Shown here piece after piece: positions 8,864 to 18,053 of a DNA stretch of 64,000 nt (position 1 is the first letter of the stretch; the number at the start of each line of letters is the position of its first letter). The position numbers and the translations under genes are program-made. Origin of the DNA: an uncultured virus (IMG/VR IMGVR_UViG_3300032086_001957) (lineage: Duplodnaviria; Heunggongvirae; Uroviricota; Caudoviricetes); IMG/VR virus record IMGVR_UViG_3300032086_001957; one strand, 5' to 3'. A model generated the notes under the pieces. The model saw only the letters and a program-made list of their open reading frames with translations. It did not search any database and had not been told where the DNA came from.

Positions 8864-10513
8864 ATGGCAAACGCAACTTTAGATGATGTAATTGCACAGT
8901 TAAAACACAACAATAGAAGTGAAGCTGGTAGAGATGGTTATCATACCAGAATTCTTAAAGCAATCGCAGAAGCAATTGTCTTTATGGGTTTAAATTTAGA
9001 AGATATGAAAAAAACAAAACCAACTAAACCTGACCCTAAACCTAAACCTGATAAAAATCCACTTCTTGACGGTGTTAAAGGTATTGCAAAAGAATTAAAA
9101 CTTACTGATGTTGCAAATAACATTACAAGTCCTATAACTGGTTTTATGAAATCTTTACCTGCATTAATACCAGGCGGTAATTTAGCTATGAGAGCAACAA
9201 AAGCCGCAGGTAAAAAAGTTGCAAGTGCATTTGAGGTTGAGAAAAAAAGAGAAGATGACCTCGCTAAGAAAAAACAATTTTCTATTTTAGAAAAATTATA
9301 CAATGCAACAGTTAAAGGTTTTAGTGGTTTATTAAAAGGTCTTGGTAAAGCAGCTGGTTTAGGTTTAGGTGCTTTACTTGCACCATTGTTTGTTGTTGGT
9401 GGTTTCTTTCAACAAATGATAACTGAATTAGGTTTTATTGCATCAAAGATTTCACAACTTGCAAGATTTATTGGTAGACAAATTCTTAAAATACCAGGCA
9501 TGGATAAAGTTAAAAATCTTGCAACTTCTTTTATAGGTTTTATTACAAACTATTTAAGTAAATTCAAAGGATTCTTTGTAGCCGCACCAGACGCTAAAGA
9601 ACTTACATTTATTCAAAAAAGTGTTCTTCGTATAAAAAATGCAATAACTGGATTTGTTAATATATTTAAATCAGCTGGAAAGTTTTTTAATACCGTATTT
9701 AAACCAATCATTCAAGGTTTTAAATCTGGATTAGGTATCGTTACTAGGTTTGCAGGTGTTTTTGGTAGACTTCTAGGAAGAATATTTCCTTTCTTTGCAA
9801 TCATCATAGGTATTTTTGATTCTATTACTGGTTTCCTTGATGGATTTAAAGAATCAGAAGGTGAATCATTAGTTGCAAGGGTTATAGATGGTATTGGTGG
9901 TGGTATTGGTAAATTGTTTGGTAATCTAGTTGGAATACCTTTAGATTTATTAAAGAATGTTATTGCATGGATTCTAGGAAAAATGGGATTTGAAAATGCA
10001 GCTGAAACTCTTAAAGAGTTTAAGATTGCAGATAAGATTAACGAAATGATTAGAAAATTGTTTGGAATGATTTCTGAAGGAGTCGATTCGGTAATAGACT
10101 TCTTTACAAATAATAAAATAGGAGATAAATTATCAAAAGGATTTAGTGATTCAGTTGATTTTATGTCAGACTTTTTGAAATCAATTCTTCGTGTAATATT
10201 ACCAAAACCTAACCCTGATGGAAATTGGTGGGATGCAGAAAATCTTGTAAGTAAAGCTATACCTGATGCAGTTTATAACTATGCAGGATTAGACCCAAAG
10301 ACTGGTGTAGAATTACCACAACAACCAACAAATACAGATTTAGTTGCCGAAGTAGAAAATAAATCTGGTAGTTCAGAACGACCAACTGGAAATACAACTG
10401 TTATCAATCAGGTTGATAATAGTAATTTCACTAATAATAGTCGATCAATGTTTTCAACTGAACCTATCATTGATAATGATTCTAATGCTATCTATTCAAA
10501 AAATTCAATGTAA
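8864..10513 (+). CDS. Tape-measure-like / gp29-like protein
   Basis: 549 aa, Gly/Ala/Phe-rich amphipathic helices, downstream of gp26/gp51, Asn-rich C-terminus. Confidence 0.65.
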   Translation: MANATLDDVIAQLKHNNRSEAGRDGYHTRILKAIAEAIVFMGLNLEDMKKTKPTKPDPKPKPDKNPLLDGVKGIAKELKLTDVANNITSPITGFMKSLPALIPGGNLAMRATKAAGKKVASAFEVEKKREDDLAKKKQFSILEKLYNATVKGFSGLLKGLGKAAGLGLGALLAPLFVVGGFFQQMITELGFIASKISQLARFIGRQILKIPGMDKVKNLATSFIGFITNYLSKFKGFFVAAPDAKELTFIQKSVLRIKNAITGFVNIFKSAGKFFNTVFKPIIQGFKSGLGIVTRFAGVFGRLLGRIFPFFAIIIGIFDSITGFLDGFKESEGESLVARVIDGIGGGIGKLFGNLVGIPLDLLKNVIAWILGKMGFENAAETLKEFKIADKINEMIRKLFGMISEGVDSVIDFFTNNKIGDKLSKGFSDSVDFMSDFLKSILRVILPKPNPDGNWWDAENLVSKAIPDAVYNYAGLDPKTGVELPQQPTNTDLVAEVENKSGSSERPTGNTTVINQVDNSNFTNNSRSMFSTEPIIDNDSNAIYSKNSM

Positions 10514-10515
10514 AT

Positions 10516-10541
10516 AAAAAAAGACCCTCTTTCGAGGGTCT
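10516..10541 (-). terminator. Intrinsic terminator of gp32
   Basis: AGACCCTC-GAAA-GAGGGTCT plus U-run on the minus strand. Confidence 0.85.
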
Positions 10542-10544
10542 CAT

Positions 10545-10570
10545 AAAACTTCAGTTGGGGTTGAAGTTTT
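10545..10570. terminator. Second hairpin between convergent genes (possible + strand terminator)
   Basis: AAAACTTCA/TGAAGTTTT 9-bp stem; minus-strand loop ACCCCAAC. Confidence 0.5.
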
Positions 10571-11463
10571 TACTCTTTTGCAAGTTGTTCAAAGTAACCT
10601 AAAGTATCATCATCATCTTCACTCGCAATAGATTTCTGTTTAGGTGCAGTTTCTTTCAGAGTTGGAATATCTTCAGAATCTTCTGTAACCATTTGTTCAG
10701 CTCTTTTAGTAACTGTAGTTCCAGACAATACTGCATCTAACCTTTTCTTTAACTCATCATAAGACTTGAAATTACTTGCATCTAAAAAATCTTTTAGTGC
10801 ATATTGATTCTTCCAAATCTTTTCGATTTCGTCATCACTTTCTTTCAGTTTAGTTGGTGCATCAAAACTAGACTTGTCATAGTTCCAATAACCATCTACT
10901 TTACGAATCTTTAATTTAAAGTTCGCACCTTCCCAAAAGTCAAAAGGATTAATTGGTGTTTCATCATCAAATGTCGAATCTGGTTGCATAGCTTCCATAA
11001 GTTTGTCAAATATTTTTTTACCAAACTTGTATAGGAAAACTTTACCTTCAGTTTCAGGATTTGCTTTATCTTCTACAACATAGATATTTGCATAGTATTG
11101 CAATTTTCTTTTTTGTTTTCTTGCAATCTCTTTATCACTTTCAACTCCAGAATTCCAAAGTTGAGTGTTGTATTCAGATACAGGGTCTTTCTGTTTAATA
11201 GTAGTGAGAGAGTTCTCAATGTACCATTGTCCAGTAGGGCCTTGAAATGCATGATTCCAAACTTGAACCCAAGGAACTTCTTCACCTTCAACGGCAGGTA
11301 AAAATCTTATAACTGCATAACCATTACCAGCTTTATCAACTTGTGGTTTCCACAGTCTTTCATCTACATAAGACTTTTTTTCTGTTGTTGGGGTTTCGTC
11401 TTTCTTTACTTGAGCAAGTAATTTGTCTAAAGAATTAGACTTTCGTAATTTATCAAATGACAT
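10570..11463 (-). CDS. gp32: Single-stranded DNA-binding protein gp32
   Basis: DERLWKP..DKAGNGYAVIRFLP, WYIENSLTT, FDFWEGANFKLKIR, acidic C-terminus. Confidence 0.97.
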   Translation of the reverse strand: MSFDKLRKSNSLDKLLAQVKKDETPTTEKKSYVDERLWKPQVDKAGNGYAVIRFLPAVEGEEVPWVQVWNHAFQGPTGQWYIENSLTTIKQKDPVSEYNTQLWNSGVESDKEIARKQKRKLQYYANIYVVEDKANPETEGKVFLYKFGKKIFDKLMEAMQPDSTFDDETPINPFDFWEGANFKLKIRKVDGYWNYDKSSFDAPTKLKESDDEIEKIWKNQYALKDFLDASNFKSYDELKKRLDAVLSGTTVTKRAEQMVTEDSEDIPTLKETAPKQKSIASEDDDDTLGYFEQLAKE

Positions 11464-11527
11464 AATTTTTCTCCGTATGTAATCGTATGTTTATTTTTTT
11501 ATTCACAAAACCATAATATATTAAAAG

Positions 11528-11561
11528 TATTTATAATACTATAAATCTTCAAATTTGTCAA
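11528..11561 (-). promoter_or_regulatory. Composite sigma70/gp55 promoter for gp32
   Basis: TTGACA-17-TATTATAAATA. Confidence 0.7.
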
Positions 11562-11566
11562 GTATA

Positions 11567-11591
11567 CTGACCTTGAATTTCTCAAGGTCAG
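11567..11591. terminator. Hairpin after the 464-aa ORF
   Basis: CTGACCTTGA/TCAAGGTCAG 10-bp stem; weak U-tail. Confidence 0.45.
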
Positions 11592-11610
11592 ATACAGAAC
11601 ATGGATATGA

Positions 11611-13005
11611 TTAACTCCAAGATGTAATTTTAGATGAAACCACATCTTTTAGAAGTCTATCAGTTTGACTTACTAGGTAATCAACTGCTTTTGACTTTGA
11701 TCCAAAACCCCATGCGATTGATTTTTTTAACTTATTTTTATAATATACTTTTAAAGAAATGGACTCGTCAAAATATAAATTACATAGTATGTAAGGTAAA
11801 TCTTTCACTTCACCAGACATTGCAAGTTTTGACAATTTAAAAGCTGACTTATTACCATCACTAAAGTCATCTTTTTCATCTTTATTTTTCTTTTTATAAG
11901 CAGCTATAAACCAGTCTGTTAACTGTTCTGGTGTCATTAATGCTGATACCCCTTCATGTGGTTGTGTCCAAGTTTTATACCACAAAGCGTGACCTCTTAA
12001 TGCTGAGTTTTTGAATGTCTTTTCACCTGTAATCTCTTTTGCTATATGTCTAGTTACTTTTATAGCGTTATTCATACATTCTTCTCCATATTTCTTGAAA
12101 TAATCATTTCCAAGACCATTACAGATACCACTTACACTTTCAATGTTAATCCAATTTTTAGCCATTGGATTAGATTTTGCTAGTATACCATTGTAATCAA
12201 CTTCATGTTTACCTAACCAATCCATCATTGCAACAATGTTTGGGTCTTTAGCAACATATCCACACACCATTTTATTCTTCTCACCCATACCTTTGTTATA
12301 TTGAGCTTCAGAGAAATGTCTATTCGCTTCTTTTGAGATGATTTCTTCTTGGTCATCATCTATAGACCAAAAATCTACTTGGCTAAGAATTCTCAAGTCT
12401 TTCACATCTGGATTTACCATTTTTTTCATAGTGTATCTATGATTACCTTTACTTTTAACAAATGTAATACATAAAACACCATCAGAATCTATATGCAAAT
12501 CTGTATGCACACCATCAGAATCTGTATGCAAACGAGTTGATGTGTAAATAGTTCCAGCATCTGCGCTGACAAAACCTTTAGATTTTCCATTTTCATTTCG
12601 TCTTAACCAAGATTTACACTCGTCATATCCAATTTTTTCAATTCTATCATATCCTTGTTTTTCATCTTTTGATGTTGATGACCAAAGAAATCTATCTGGT
12701 ATTGTACAAGTTACAGACATTCTTTTATTTGGATTTTTTACCCATTCTTCTACAAAAAATTCTACTTGTTGATAGAAACTATAATCAGAATCATCTGGTA
12801 AATCATCTTCGATTTCTATGTTGGATTTTGGTTGAGAGTTAAAGACAGAGAGAGAACTCACCAAGTCTGGAAAATGAGGATGGTATTTTTGTTCTTCACT
12901 ACCATCAGAAGATATTATTTTATATTTTGTGATGCTACCATCACTATGAGTTATAGTATTATATGACATAATGTGCCTTTCTGCCCCAGTTCGGGCCTTT
13001 ATCAA
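11611..13005 (-). CDS. Hypothetical protein, putative divergent ParB/Srx-like domain (start may be 12969)
   Basis: KGNHRY motif followed by EA..F..Q.N.K.M pattern reminiscent of ParB-like families. Confidence 0.45.
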   Translation of the reverse strand: MIKARTGAERHIMSYNTITHSDGSITKYKIISSDGSEEQKYHPHFPDLVSSLSVFNSQPKSNIEIEDDLPDDSDYSFYQQVEFFVEEWVKNPNKRMSVTCTIPDRFLWSSTSKDEKQGYDRIEKIGYDECKSWLRRNENGKSKGFVSADAGTIYTSTRLHTDSDGVHTDLHIDSDGVLCITFVKSKGNHRYTMKKMVNPDVKDLRILSQVDFWSIDDDQEEIISKEANRHFSEAQYNKGMGEKNKMVCGYVAKDPNIVAMMDWLGKHEVDYNGILAKSNPMAKNWINIESVSGICNGLGNDYFKKYGEECMNNAIKVTRHIAKEITGEKTFKNSALRGHALWYKTWTQPHEGVSALMTPEQLTDWFIAAYKKKNKDEKDDFSDGNKSAFKLSKLAMSGEVKDLPYILCNLYFDESISLKVYYKNKLKKSIAWGFGSKSKAVDYLVSQTDRLLKDVVSSKITSWS

Positions 13006-13034
13006 ATCCTACACTTAATTGTGTATGGACAATT

Positions 13035-13853
13035 CTATTTATAATAACAAATTATTTCACTTTTGTCAAGTGTTGCATGACGAATATTTTTAAATTGTTT
13101 CCATTCATCTACTTCACTTGATATTGCATTAGAATTTATTTCATCAGGTACTACTCGAATAAAATTAACATCAGGAAATAATTTAAAATTTACTGAATGT
13201 TGTTTTATCCAATTACCAGAATAAATTTCTTTTGAATCTGATGGATAATAATTATCTGTTCCTTTGTATAGATTGTTTATTTTACCATCATTACTTTTTA
13301 AATCAAAACCTAATAAAAATACATTATCAGGTTTCTCATTTTCTACTGCAATTCTTACTGCGATTGGGCCTGCACTCCAACCTTCATATTCTTTTGGTAC
13401 ATCTTTAACTTTATCTTGTAATTCTAACCATGTTATGAAAGTTTGTTTCTTTCCCATTTTGACTTTGAAATCTTCTTTATCTGATACAAGTTTCAAACCT
13501 TCATCTAATAGTTCATCATACATTTTTGCATCACAACCATGTAATACAAATGATTCTTTATCACCTCTTTCGTTCTCAAAAACTTCTGTGTCTTTAAACA
13601 TATCAGTATGAACAAAACTATTTAATATTTCGGCAGGTAATGGTGACCAATCTTTTAGGTAACAAACATTATCTTTTGCATACCCTGAAGTATAAACTTC
13701 GTGACTGATACCATCATCAATACATACTAAAACATCTACTTTAGTATCTCTATAGATTGCGTTACAGCCATACACTTTACCAAGTGTTCTTAAATGATTT
13801 ACATCAATATTTTTTCTTGATTCACCATTACCTAAAACATAAACATTTTTCAA
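13035..13853 (-). CDS. Rossmann-like protein (MptE/DUF115/glycosyltransferase-like)
   Basis: VLGNGESR, YGCNA.YRD, D.LVC.D, SAGP.A, FLLGFD. Confidence 0.55.
   Translation of the reverse strand: MKNVYVLGNGESRKNIDVNHLRTLGKVYGCNAIYRDTKVDVLVCIDDGISHEVYTSGYAKDNVCYLKDWSPLPAEILNSFVHTDMFKDTEVFENERGDKESFVLHGCDAKMYDELLDEGLKLVSDKEDFKVKMGKKQTFITWLELQDKVKDVPKEYEGWSAGPIAVRIAVENEKPDNVFLLGFDLKSNDGKINNLYKGTDNYYPSDSKEIYSGNWIKQHSVNFKLFPDVNFIRVVPDEINSNAISSEVDEWKQFKNIRHATLDKSEIICYYK
13036..13069 (-). promoter_or_regulatory. Composite sigma70/gp55 promoter
   Basis: TTGACA-17-TATTATAAATA. Confidence 0.65.
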
Positions 13854-14611
13854 TGTGTTTCCTCTAATTCATTTTCTCGTTTTGTTTTGATAACATCACC
13901 TTGAACAAATTCTTCTATCATAGGAAATACTTTTGCAACTTCAATTGCACATTCTCTTGCAATGTCCATGTGTTCTTTTTGAGTTCCATGACCACTTCTT
14001 AATTCAATATAATGTATCCAAGAACGAATAGTTCCATTCATATAGATTCTAGTCTTTGTTAAACCTTCAGGTAAAACAACTCTTGCTTGTTCTTTTGCAA
14101 GACCATTTTCTATAGCCCATCTGTATGTTCTTTCTGATTGAGAAATAACCAGTTGTTGCATTTCTTCCCATTCTCTTACTAACTTCATATTCTTTGCATC
14201 ATTTAAATCTAAATTATAAGAGTTCTGTCTATTCTTTTCGTCTTGCAGTCTTGCTTCTCTAGTTGTGAAACCTAATTCATTAGTTGAATCTGCATATCTT
14301 TGACTAAATTCTTGAAATGTAAAACTTCTATGTCTAACTATTTGATGTGCAATATCTCTTGTGGTTTCTATTTCTAAACATACATTTATCATTTCAAATG
14401 GTGAGAAATGTTTATGTTTAATTAAATATCGAATTAGTTTTTCACTTGTTTCTTTATTATTTTGATTAGATGGATTTGATACCCTTGCACAATAAGCTAT
14501 CAAGTCTGTTGGTGTTTCATCTAAATCAGATATTAGTTTATATACTTCAATATAATTACTATTGCGAAGTGGTAATGGTGATTGTGAATATGATATTAAT
14601 TTTGCAGTCAT
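13850..14611 (-). CDS. thyX: Flavin-dependent thymidylate synthase
   Basis: AYCARVS, H.SPFE, RHRSFTFQEFSQRY, EQAR.VLP, TQKEH. Confidence 0.97.
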   Translation of the reverse strand: MTAKLISYSQSPLPLRNSNYIEVYKLISDLDETPTDLIAYCARVSNPSNQNNKETSEKLIRYLIKHKHFSPFEMINVCLEIETTRDIAHQIVRHRSFTFQEFSQRYADSTNELGFTTREARLQDEKNRQNSYNLDLNDAKNMKLVREWEEMQQLVISQSERTYRWAIENGLAKEQARVVLPEGLTKTRIYMNGTIRSWIHYIELRSGHGTQKEHMDIARECAIEVAKVFPMIEEFVQGDVIKTKRENELEETH

Positions 14612-14626
14612 AATAATCCTTGTTCT

Positions 14627-14655
14627 AAAAACAAGAGAGGGTCAACCTCTCTTGT
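14627..14655 (-). terminator. Intrinsic terminator
   Basis: ACAAGAGAGG/CCTCTCTTGT stem plus U-run on the minus strand. Confidence 0.6.
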
Positions 14656-14827
14656 TCCTGTACTTGAAGAAAGCAGTTTTTGTAAATTCCTGAATCTTCT
14701 TCGTAACTTCTGCATCTCGTTTTTGCAGTTCTGCATTGTCAAATTCTAATGACTTGACACGAGCTTGAAGTTTGTCGATTTGGGAAAGATAAAAACCTGC
14801 TTCTCTTATCGTTTCTTCATTTGACAT
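14642..14827 (-). CDS. Small coiled-coil hypothetical protein
   Basis: 61 aa, translationally coupled to gp59. Confidence 0.6.
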   Translation of the reverse strand: MSNEETIREAGFYLSQIDKLQARVKSLEFDNAELQKRDAEVTKKIQEFTKTAFFKYRNKRG

Positions 14828-15420
14828 TATAAATTTTCCTTTATAATCTTCAAAAGGTTAATCTTACATTTTTGAATATCAATATTCAAAAACACCGAGT
14901 ATTTGACAATCAATCGTCTTATGTCTGGCCATACCAAATCATCAGATAATTTTTTATCAAAATCTTTTATATAGTTTACCAAGTCTTGTAAAATAATTAA
15001 TGTTTCTATACTAACTCGTTTCGCTAAAAATTCTTTTATAATTATTGGGTGTGTATTATTTTCTATTTTAAAAATGTCATCAAAATTATTTTCAAGTTGA
15101 CATAGTGAAGTCATCTCATTGTTGAATGTATATGTTAAAGATTGTTTTCTTTTATTCCATTCAGTATAATTTAAATCATTAAAGTTACCAATCCAACCTT
15201 TTTGATTTACTAAAAAATTTGCAATAAAAAAATCTTTAACAGAATCTTTATACTTTCTTGCAACACGAGCAAAGAAACTTCTGTCTTTTCTATTTAAAAA
15301 TGATTGTTTTGATGCTTTAGATTTACCACCATATCTTTGATAGTCATAGTCTGAATTGAAATGAAGTTTTAATGCTATATAAATCTGATAAGATTCCCAC
15401 GGTGACATAATATTATACAT
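14827..15420 (-). CDS. gp59: Helicase loader gp59
   Basis: Y..Y.ALKLHF...YDY..Y.GK, F..RKD..FF, ISIETL; synteny with gp33 and gp32. Confidence 0.9.
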   Translation of the reverse strand: MYNIMSPWESYQIYIALKLHFNSDYDYQRYGGKSKASKQSFLNRKDRSFFARVARKYKDSVKDFFIANFLVNQKGWIGNFNDLNYTEWNKRKQSLTYTFNNEMTSLCQLENNFDDIFKIENNTHPIIIKEFLAKRVSIETLIILQDLVNYIKDFDKKLSDDLVWPDIRRLIVKYSVFLNIDIQKCKINLLKIIKENL

Positions 15421-15427
15421 AAATTTT

Positions 15428-15661
15428 TTAAATTGGTAGTTGTGATATTTTTGGTAAGTAATTTAATCTTCTTGCGTCTGACTCTAATTTGTCCCTAAGC
15501 GCTTTTGAAACCAACTGCTTGACTGCAGCTGGTTCCATTTTTTTCACTTGACAATAATGAACAATTGCATCTATATAGGATATTTTATCTTTCTTTACCA
15601 ATTCTTCAATTAGTATAGAAAACTTCTTTGGTGTCATAACAGATAATTCTTCAAGTTTCAT
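15428..15661 (-). CDS. gp33: Late transcription coactivator gp33
   Basis: FS..IE, ISYIDAIVHYC, L..DA.RLNYL. Confidence 0.88.
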   Translation of the reverse strand: MKLEELSVMTPKKFSILIEELVKKDKISYIDAIVHYCQVKKMEPAAVKQLVSKALRDKLESDARRLNYLPKISQLPI

Positions 15662-15888
15662 TGTACACCTACCACTCCATGTATGCTTCTAATAATCGAC
15701 TCAATGATATGTTTTGTTTCCATATCATCATGTTCAAGTAATTTGTATTTCTCCACAAATTCTTCTACATCTTTATGGTTGAATTCACCTTTGAAAGAGT
15801 CTACCCATAAGTGTTTCAGGGCTTCGTAAGAATTAATATCTTTTGTTTTTAATTCTTCTAAAGCTTGTTGTGTTCTGGTCATACCCAT
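15658..15888 (-). CDS. Hypothetical protein
   Basis: ORF with TAATG overlap to the exonuclease stop. Confidence 0.55.
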   Translation of the reverse strand: MGMTRTQQALEELKTKDINSYEALKHLWVDSFKGEFNHKDVEEFVEKYKLLEHDDMETKHIIESIIRSIHGVVGVQ

Positions 15889-16559
15889 TATACTTTCTCC
15901 TTTTCCCATTGTACAGTAAAGTCATCAATCGCTTGGAGAAGTTGTGGTATATATTCAGTTTTATCTTTTACAAATTCTTGAACCTCTCCGTTTTCTGTTA
16001 CTACAAGAATCACGATTTGATTGATAGGTTGACCTGTTCTTTCTTCCCACATTTCTGCATATGCAGAAGCTTGTAAATAATAATCTAAATTGTATTCATC
16101 ATTTCTAGAACTTCTAGAAGTTTTAAAGTCAATTATTGATAACTCATTATTATATTCTGCAATACAATCAACTCTACCAGCGACTCTGTACTTGGTAGTA
16201 TATAACGCACATTCCTGTGCGTGTATATTATTTATACGACCAGTAAGCGTTTCTTTTAATTGATTGAATAAACACCATGCAAGAAAGTTCTTTTTATGAT
16301 GTTCAATTGATTTGTTGTTTAGAAAATCTTCACAGATAGAATGGACTTGAGTACCTCTGATTGCGGCTGTTCTTGCAATATAGTTAGCGGTACTTTCACC
16401 TACTCTATTTCTCCACTCCTGTAAACCTTTACTCTTTCTAGGACTTAAAACAGTTGTGATTGATGGATAATACTCATCATCTGGTGTGACATAGAATCTT
16501 TTACCATCTATGTTTTTAGTTTGTAAATCTGCCAACTCAAATCTTTTGTGTGTAAACAT
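15888..16559 (-). CDS. PD-(D/E)XK exonuclease
   Basis: YPSITTVL, RGT.VH, AGRVDCIAE, IIDFKTS, Y.LQ..AYA. Confidence 0.9.
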   Translation of the reverse strand: MFTHKRFELADLQTKNIDGKRFYVTPDDEYYPSITTVLSPRKSKGLQEWRNRVGESTANYIARTAAIRGTQVHSICEDFLNNKSIEHHKKNFLAWCLFNQLKETLTGRINNIHAQECALYTTKYRVAGRVDCIAEYNNELSIIDFKTSRSSRNDEYNLDYYLQASAYAEMWEERTGQPINQIVILVVTENGEVQEFVKDKTEYIPQLLQAIDDFTVQWEKEKV

Positions 16560-16588
16560 AATGTATTCACCTTTATTAAATTATGTAA

Positions 16589-16618
16589 ATTATATCAAAT
16601 GTATTATAGTTTTGTCAA
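16589..16618 (-). promoter_or_regulatory. Sigma70-type promoter
   Basis: TTGACA-18-TATAAT. Confidence 0.6.
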
Positions 16619-16623
16619 GTAAG

Positions 16624-16773
16624 TTATTTACCTTGACCTCTATAAGCTTTAAAACTTCTTCTTTTACTTTTATTCATCATTTGTAGTGATGTTCTTCTAC
16701 TTGAACCTTGTCCTGTTTTCTTAAATTTTGATCTTGTTTCAAAAACAGACTTATCAAATTTTAATCTAGCCAT
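16624..16773 (-). CDS. Small basic protein ending YRGQGK (49 aa, not in ORF track)
   Basis: MARLKFDKSVFETRSKFKKTGQG...KAYRGQGK*. Confidence 0.75.
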   Translation of the reverse strand: MARLKFDKSVFETRSKFKKTGQGSSRRTSLQMMNKSKRRSFKAYRGQGK

Positions 16774-16776
16774 AAT

Positions 16777-17475
16777 TTATTCTATTCCTAATTTTATTTT
16801 GTTAATTAAATAATCTCTTACAAATCCAGAGCGAACAATGTCGCCAACTGAAAATTCAATGTTTTCAAATTGTTCCATTGATTCCAAAATTCGTAAAAAT
16901 CTACTCATGCCATCTCTCTCATTTTGTTTTGTTAAATCACTTTGGAAGAAATCACCACAGAAGATAATCTTTGAGTCCTGTCCTACACGAGTTGTTATCG
17001 AATCAAGTTCGTGGAAATTCAAGTTCTGACATTCATCAACAATAATGATAGCGTTATCTAGTGTGATACCTCTTAAGAATGATGTAGTCAAAAAGTAAAG
17101 ACTTCCTTGATTTTTTAGTCTATCATATAACTGCATAAATGCAATTTCGTTTGGTTGTTCAAACATAAATCGTACCATGTTTTGATATGGTATTTGAAAT
17201 AATGCAGTCTTATCTTCCTCATCTCCAGGCAAGAACCCTATTTCTCGTGTGGGTACAGCCGATCTAACTAGATAAACACATTCGTAATTGTTATTATAAC
17301 TTAATGTATCTTGTAGTGCAAGGTACAATGATACAAATGTTTTACCAGTTCCAGCCGCACCATACAGAAATAAGTTTTTACCTTCTTCGTAAGCATCAAA
17401 TGCTAATTTTTGATTATCAGTTATTGGTGAAATTTTGACCATCTGATCTAGTTTTATATCTTTTGCTTTTGCCAT
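16777..17475 (-). CDS. phoH: PhoH-family ATPase
   Basis: GAAGTGKT, IGFLPG, FLRGITL, VDECQN, GD..QSD, DIVRSG. Confidence 0.96.
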   Translation of the reverse strand: MAKAKDIKLDQMVKISPITDNQKLAFDAYEEGKNLFLYGAAGTGKTFVSLYLALQDTLSYNNNYECVYLVRSAVPTREIGFLPGDEEDKTALFQIPYQNMVRFMFEQPNEIAFMQLYDRLKNQGSLYFLTTSFLRGITLDNAIIIVDECQNLNFHELDSITTRVGQDSKIIFCGDFFQSDLTKQNERDGMSRFLRILESMEQFENIEFSVGDIVRSGFVRDYLINKIKLGIE

Positions 17476-17493
17476 TTATATTATACTTCCTTT

Positions 17494-17580
17494 AAAAAAG
17501 AGAGAGGACATAATCGGAGAGGCTTCACAGCTTACTTTCTCTAGTTGAGGGTGCTGAAGTAAATCTCGATTGTCCTCTCT
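17494..17580 (-). ncRNA. Putative structured RNA or long terminator hairpin upstream of phoH
   Basis: AGAGAGGACA/UGUCCUCUCU base stem, nested AUCG-AGA and CUUCA stems, CCCUCAAC loop, U-run. Confidence 0.5.
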
Positions 17581-17581
17581 G

Positions 17582-17893
17582 TTATTGATTCTTCCATTTT
17601 TTCATATGTTTATCTACAACTGCTTTTGTTTTTAAATCTTTAATACTTCTATTAGTTCCATGTGATTTTGCAAGTGGACTATCAGGATGTGCTTCTGATA
17701 TTTTAGATAAGACTTCTTTAAATCCTTGGGAAGTTTTACCTTGTATTGTACCCACACCTGATACAATACCAAAAGATGTTGGTAATTGTTTTATGTGTGG
17801 ATTCTTTTCTAACAATTCATCTTTAGTAGATATTGATAGAAAATCTTCAAATGTTTCTTTTGTTTCTGAATCATAAAATTTGTAAGTCGGCAT
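17582..17893 (-). CDS. FmdB-like regulatory protein (no Zn-binding cysteines)
   Basis: MPTY.F.D..T.E.F, NPHI, GFKEVLSKI...HP. Confidence 0.65.
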   Translation of the reverse strand: MPTYKFYDSETKETFEDFLSISTKDELLEKNPHIKQLPTSFGIVSGVGTIQGKTSQGFKEVLSKISEAHPDSPLAKSHGTNRSIKDLKTKAVVDKHMKKWKNQ

Positions 17894-18044
17894 TTTTTCC
17901 TTTCTTCCTTGAACGAATTATATTGTGTCTTAAATCATGATTCTCTTTTGTTAACTCTTTAATTCGTTTGAGTGCATCATAATATTGTTTATTTAAACTT
18001 GCAATTTCTTTTCTAAAAATTTCCTCTTGAGTTATTACTTTCAT
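17871..18044 (-). CDS. Small coiled-coil protein (57 aa, not in ORF track)
   Basis: MKVITQEEIFRKEIASLNKQYYDALKRIKEL...; AGGAG SD. Confidence 0.6.
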   Translation of the reverse strand: MKVITQEEIFRKEIASLNKQYYDALKRIKELTKENHDLRHNIIRSRKKGKNADLQIL

Positions 18045-18053
18045 AGTATTCTC

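Noticed and set aside
9010..9062. AAACC-type short repeats
   Set aside because: They encode a Pro/Lys linker (KPTKPDPKPKPDK) in the tape-measure-like protein
15888..16559. Cas4-like nuclease suggesting CRISPR-Cas
   Set aside because: No Fe-S cysteine cluster, no other cas genes and no repeat-spacer array; this is the usual T4-like exonuclease near gp33
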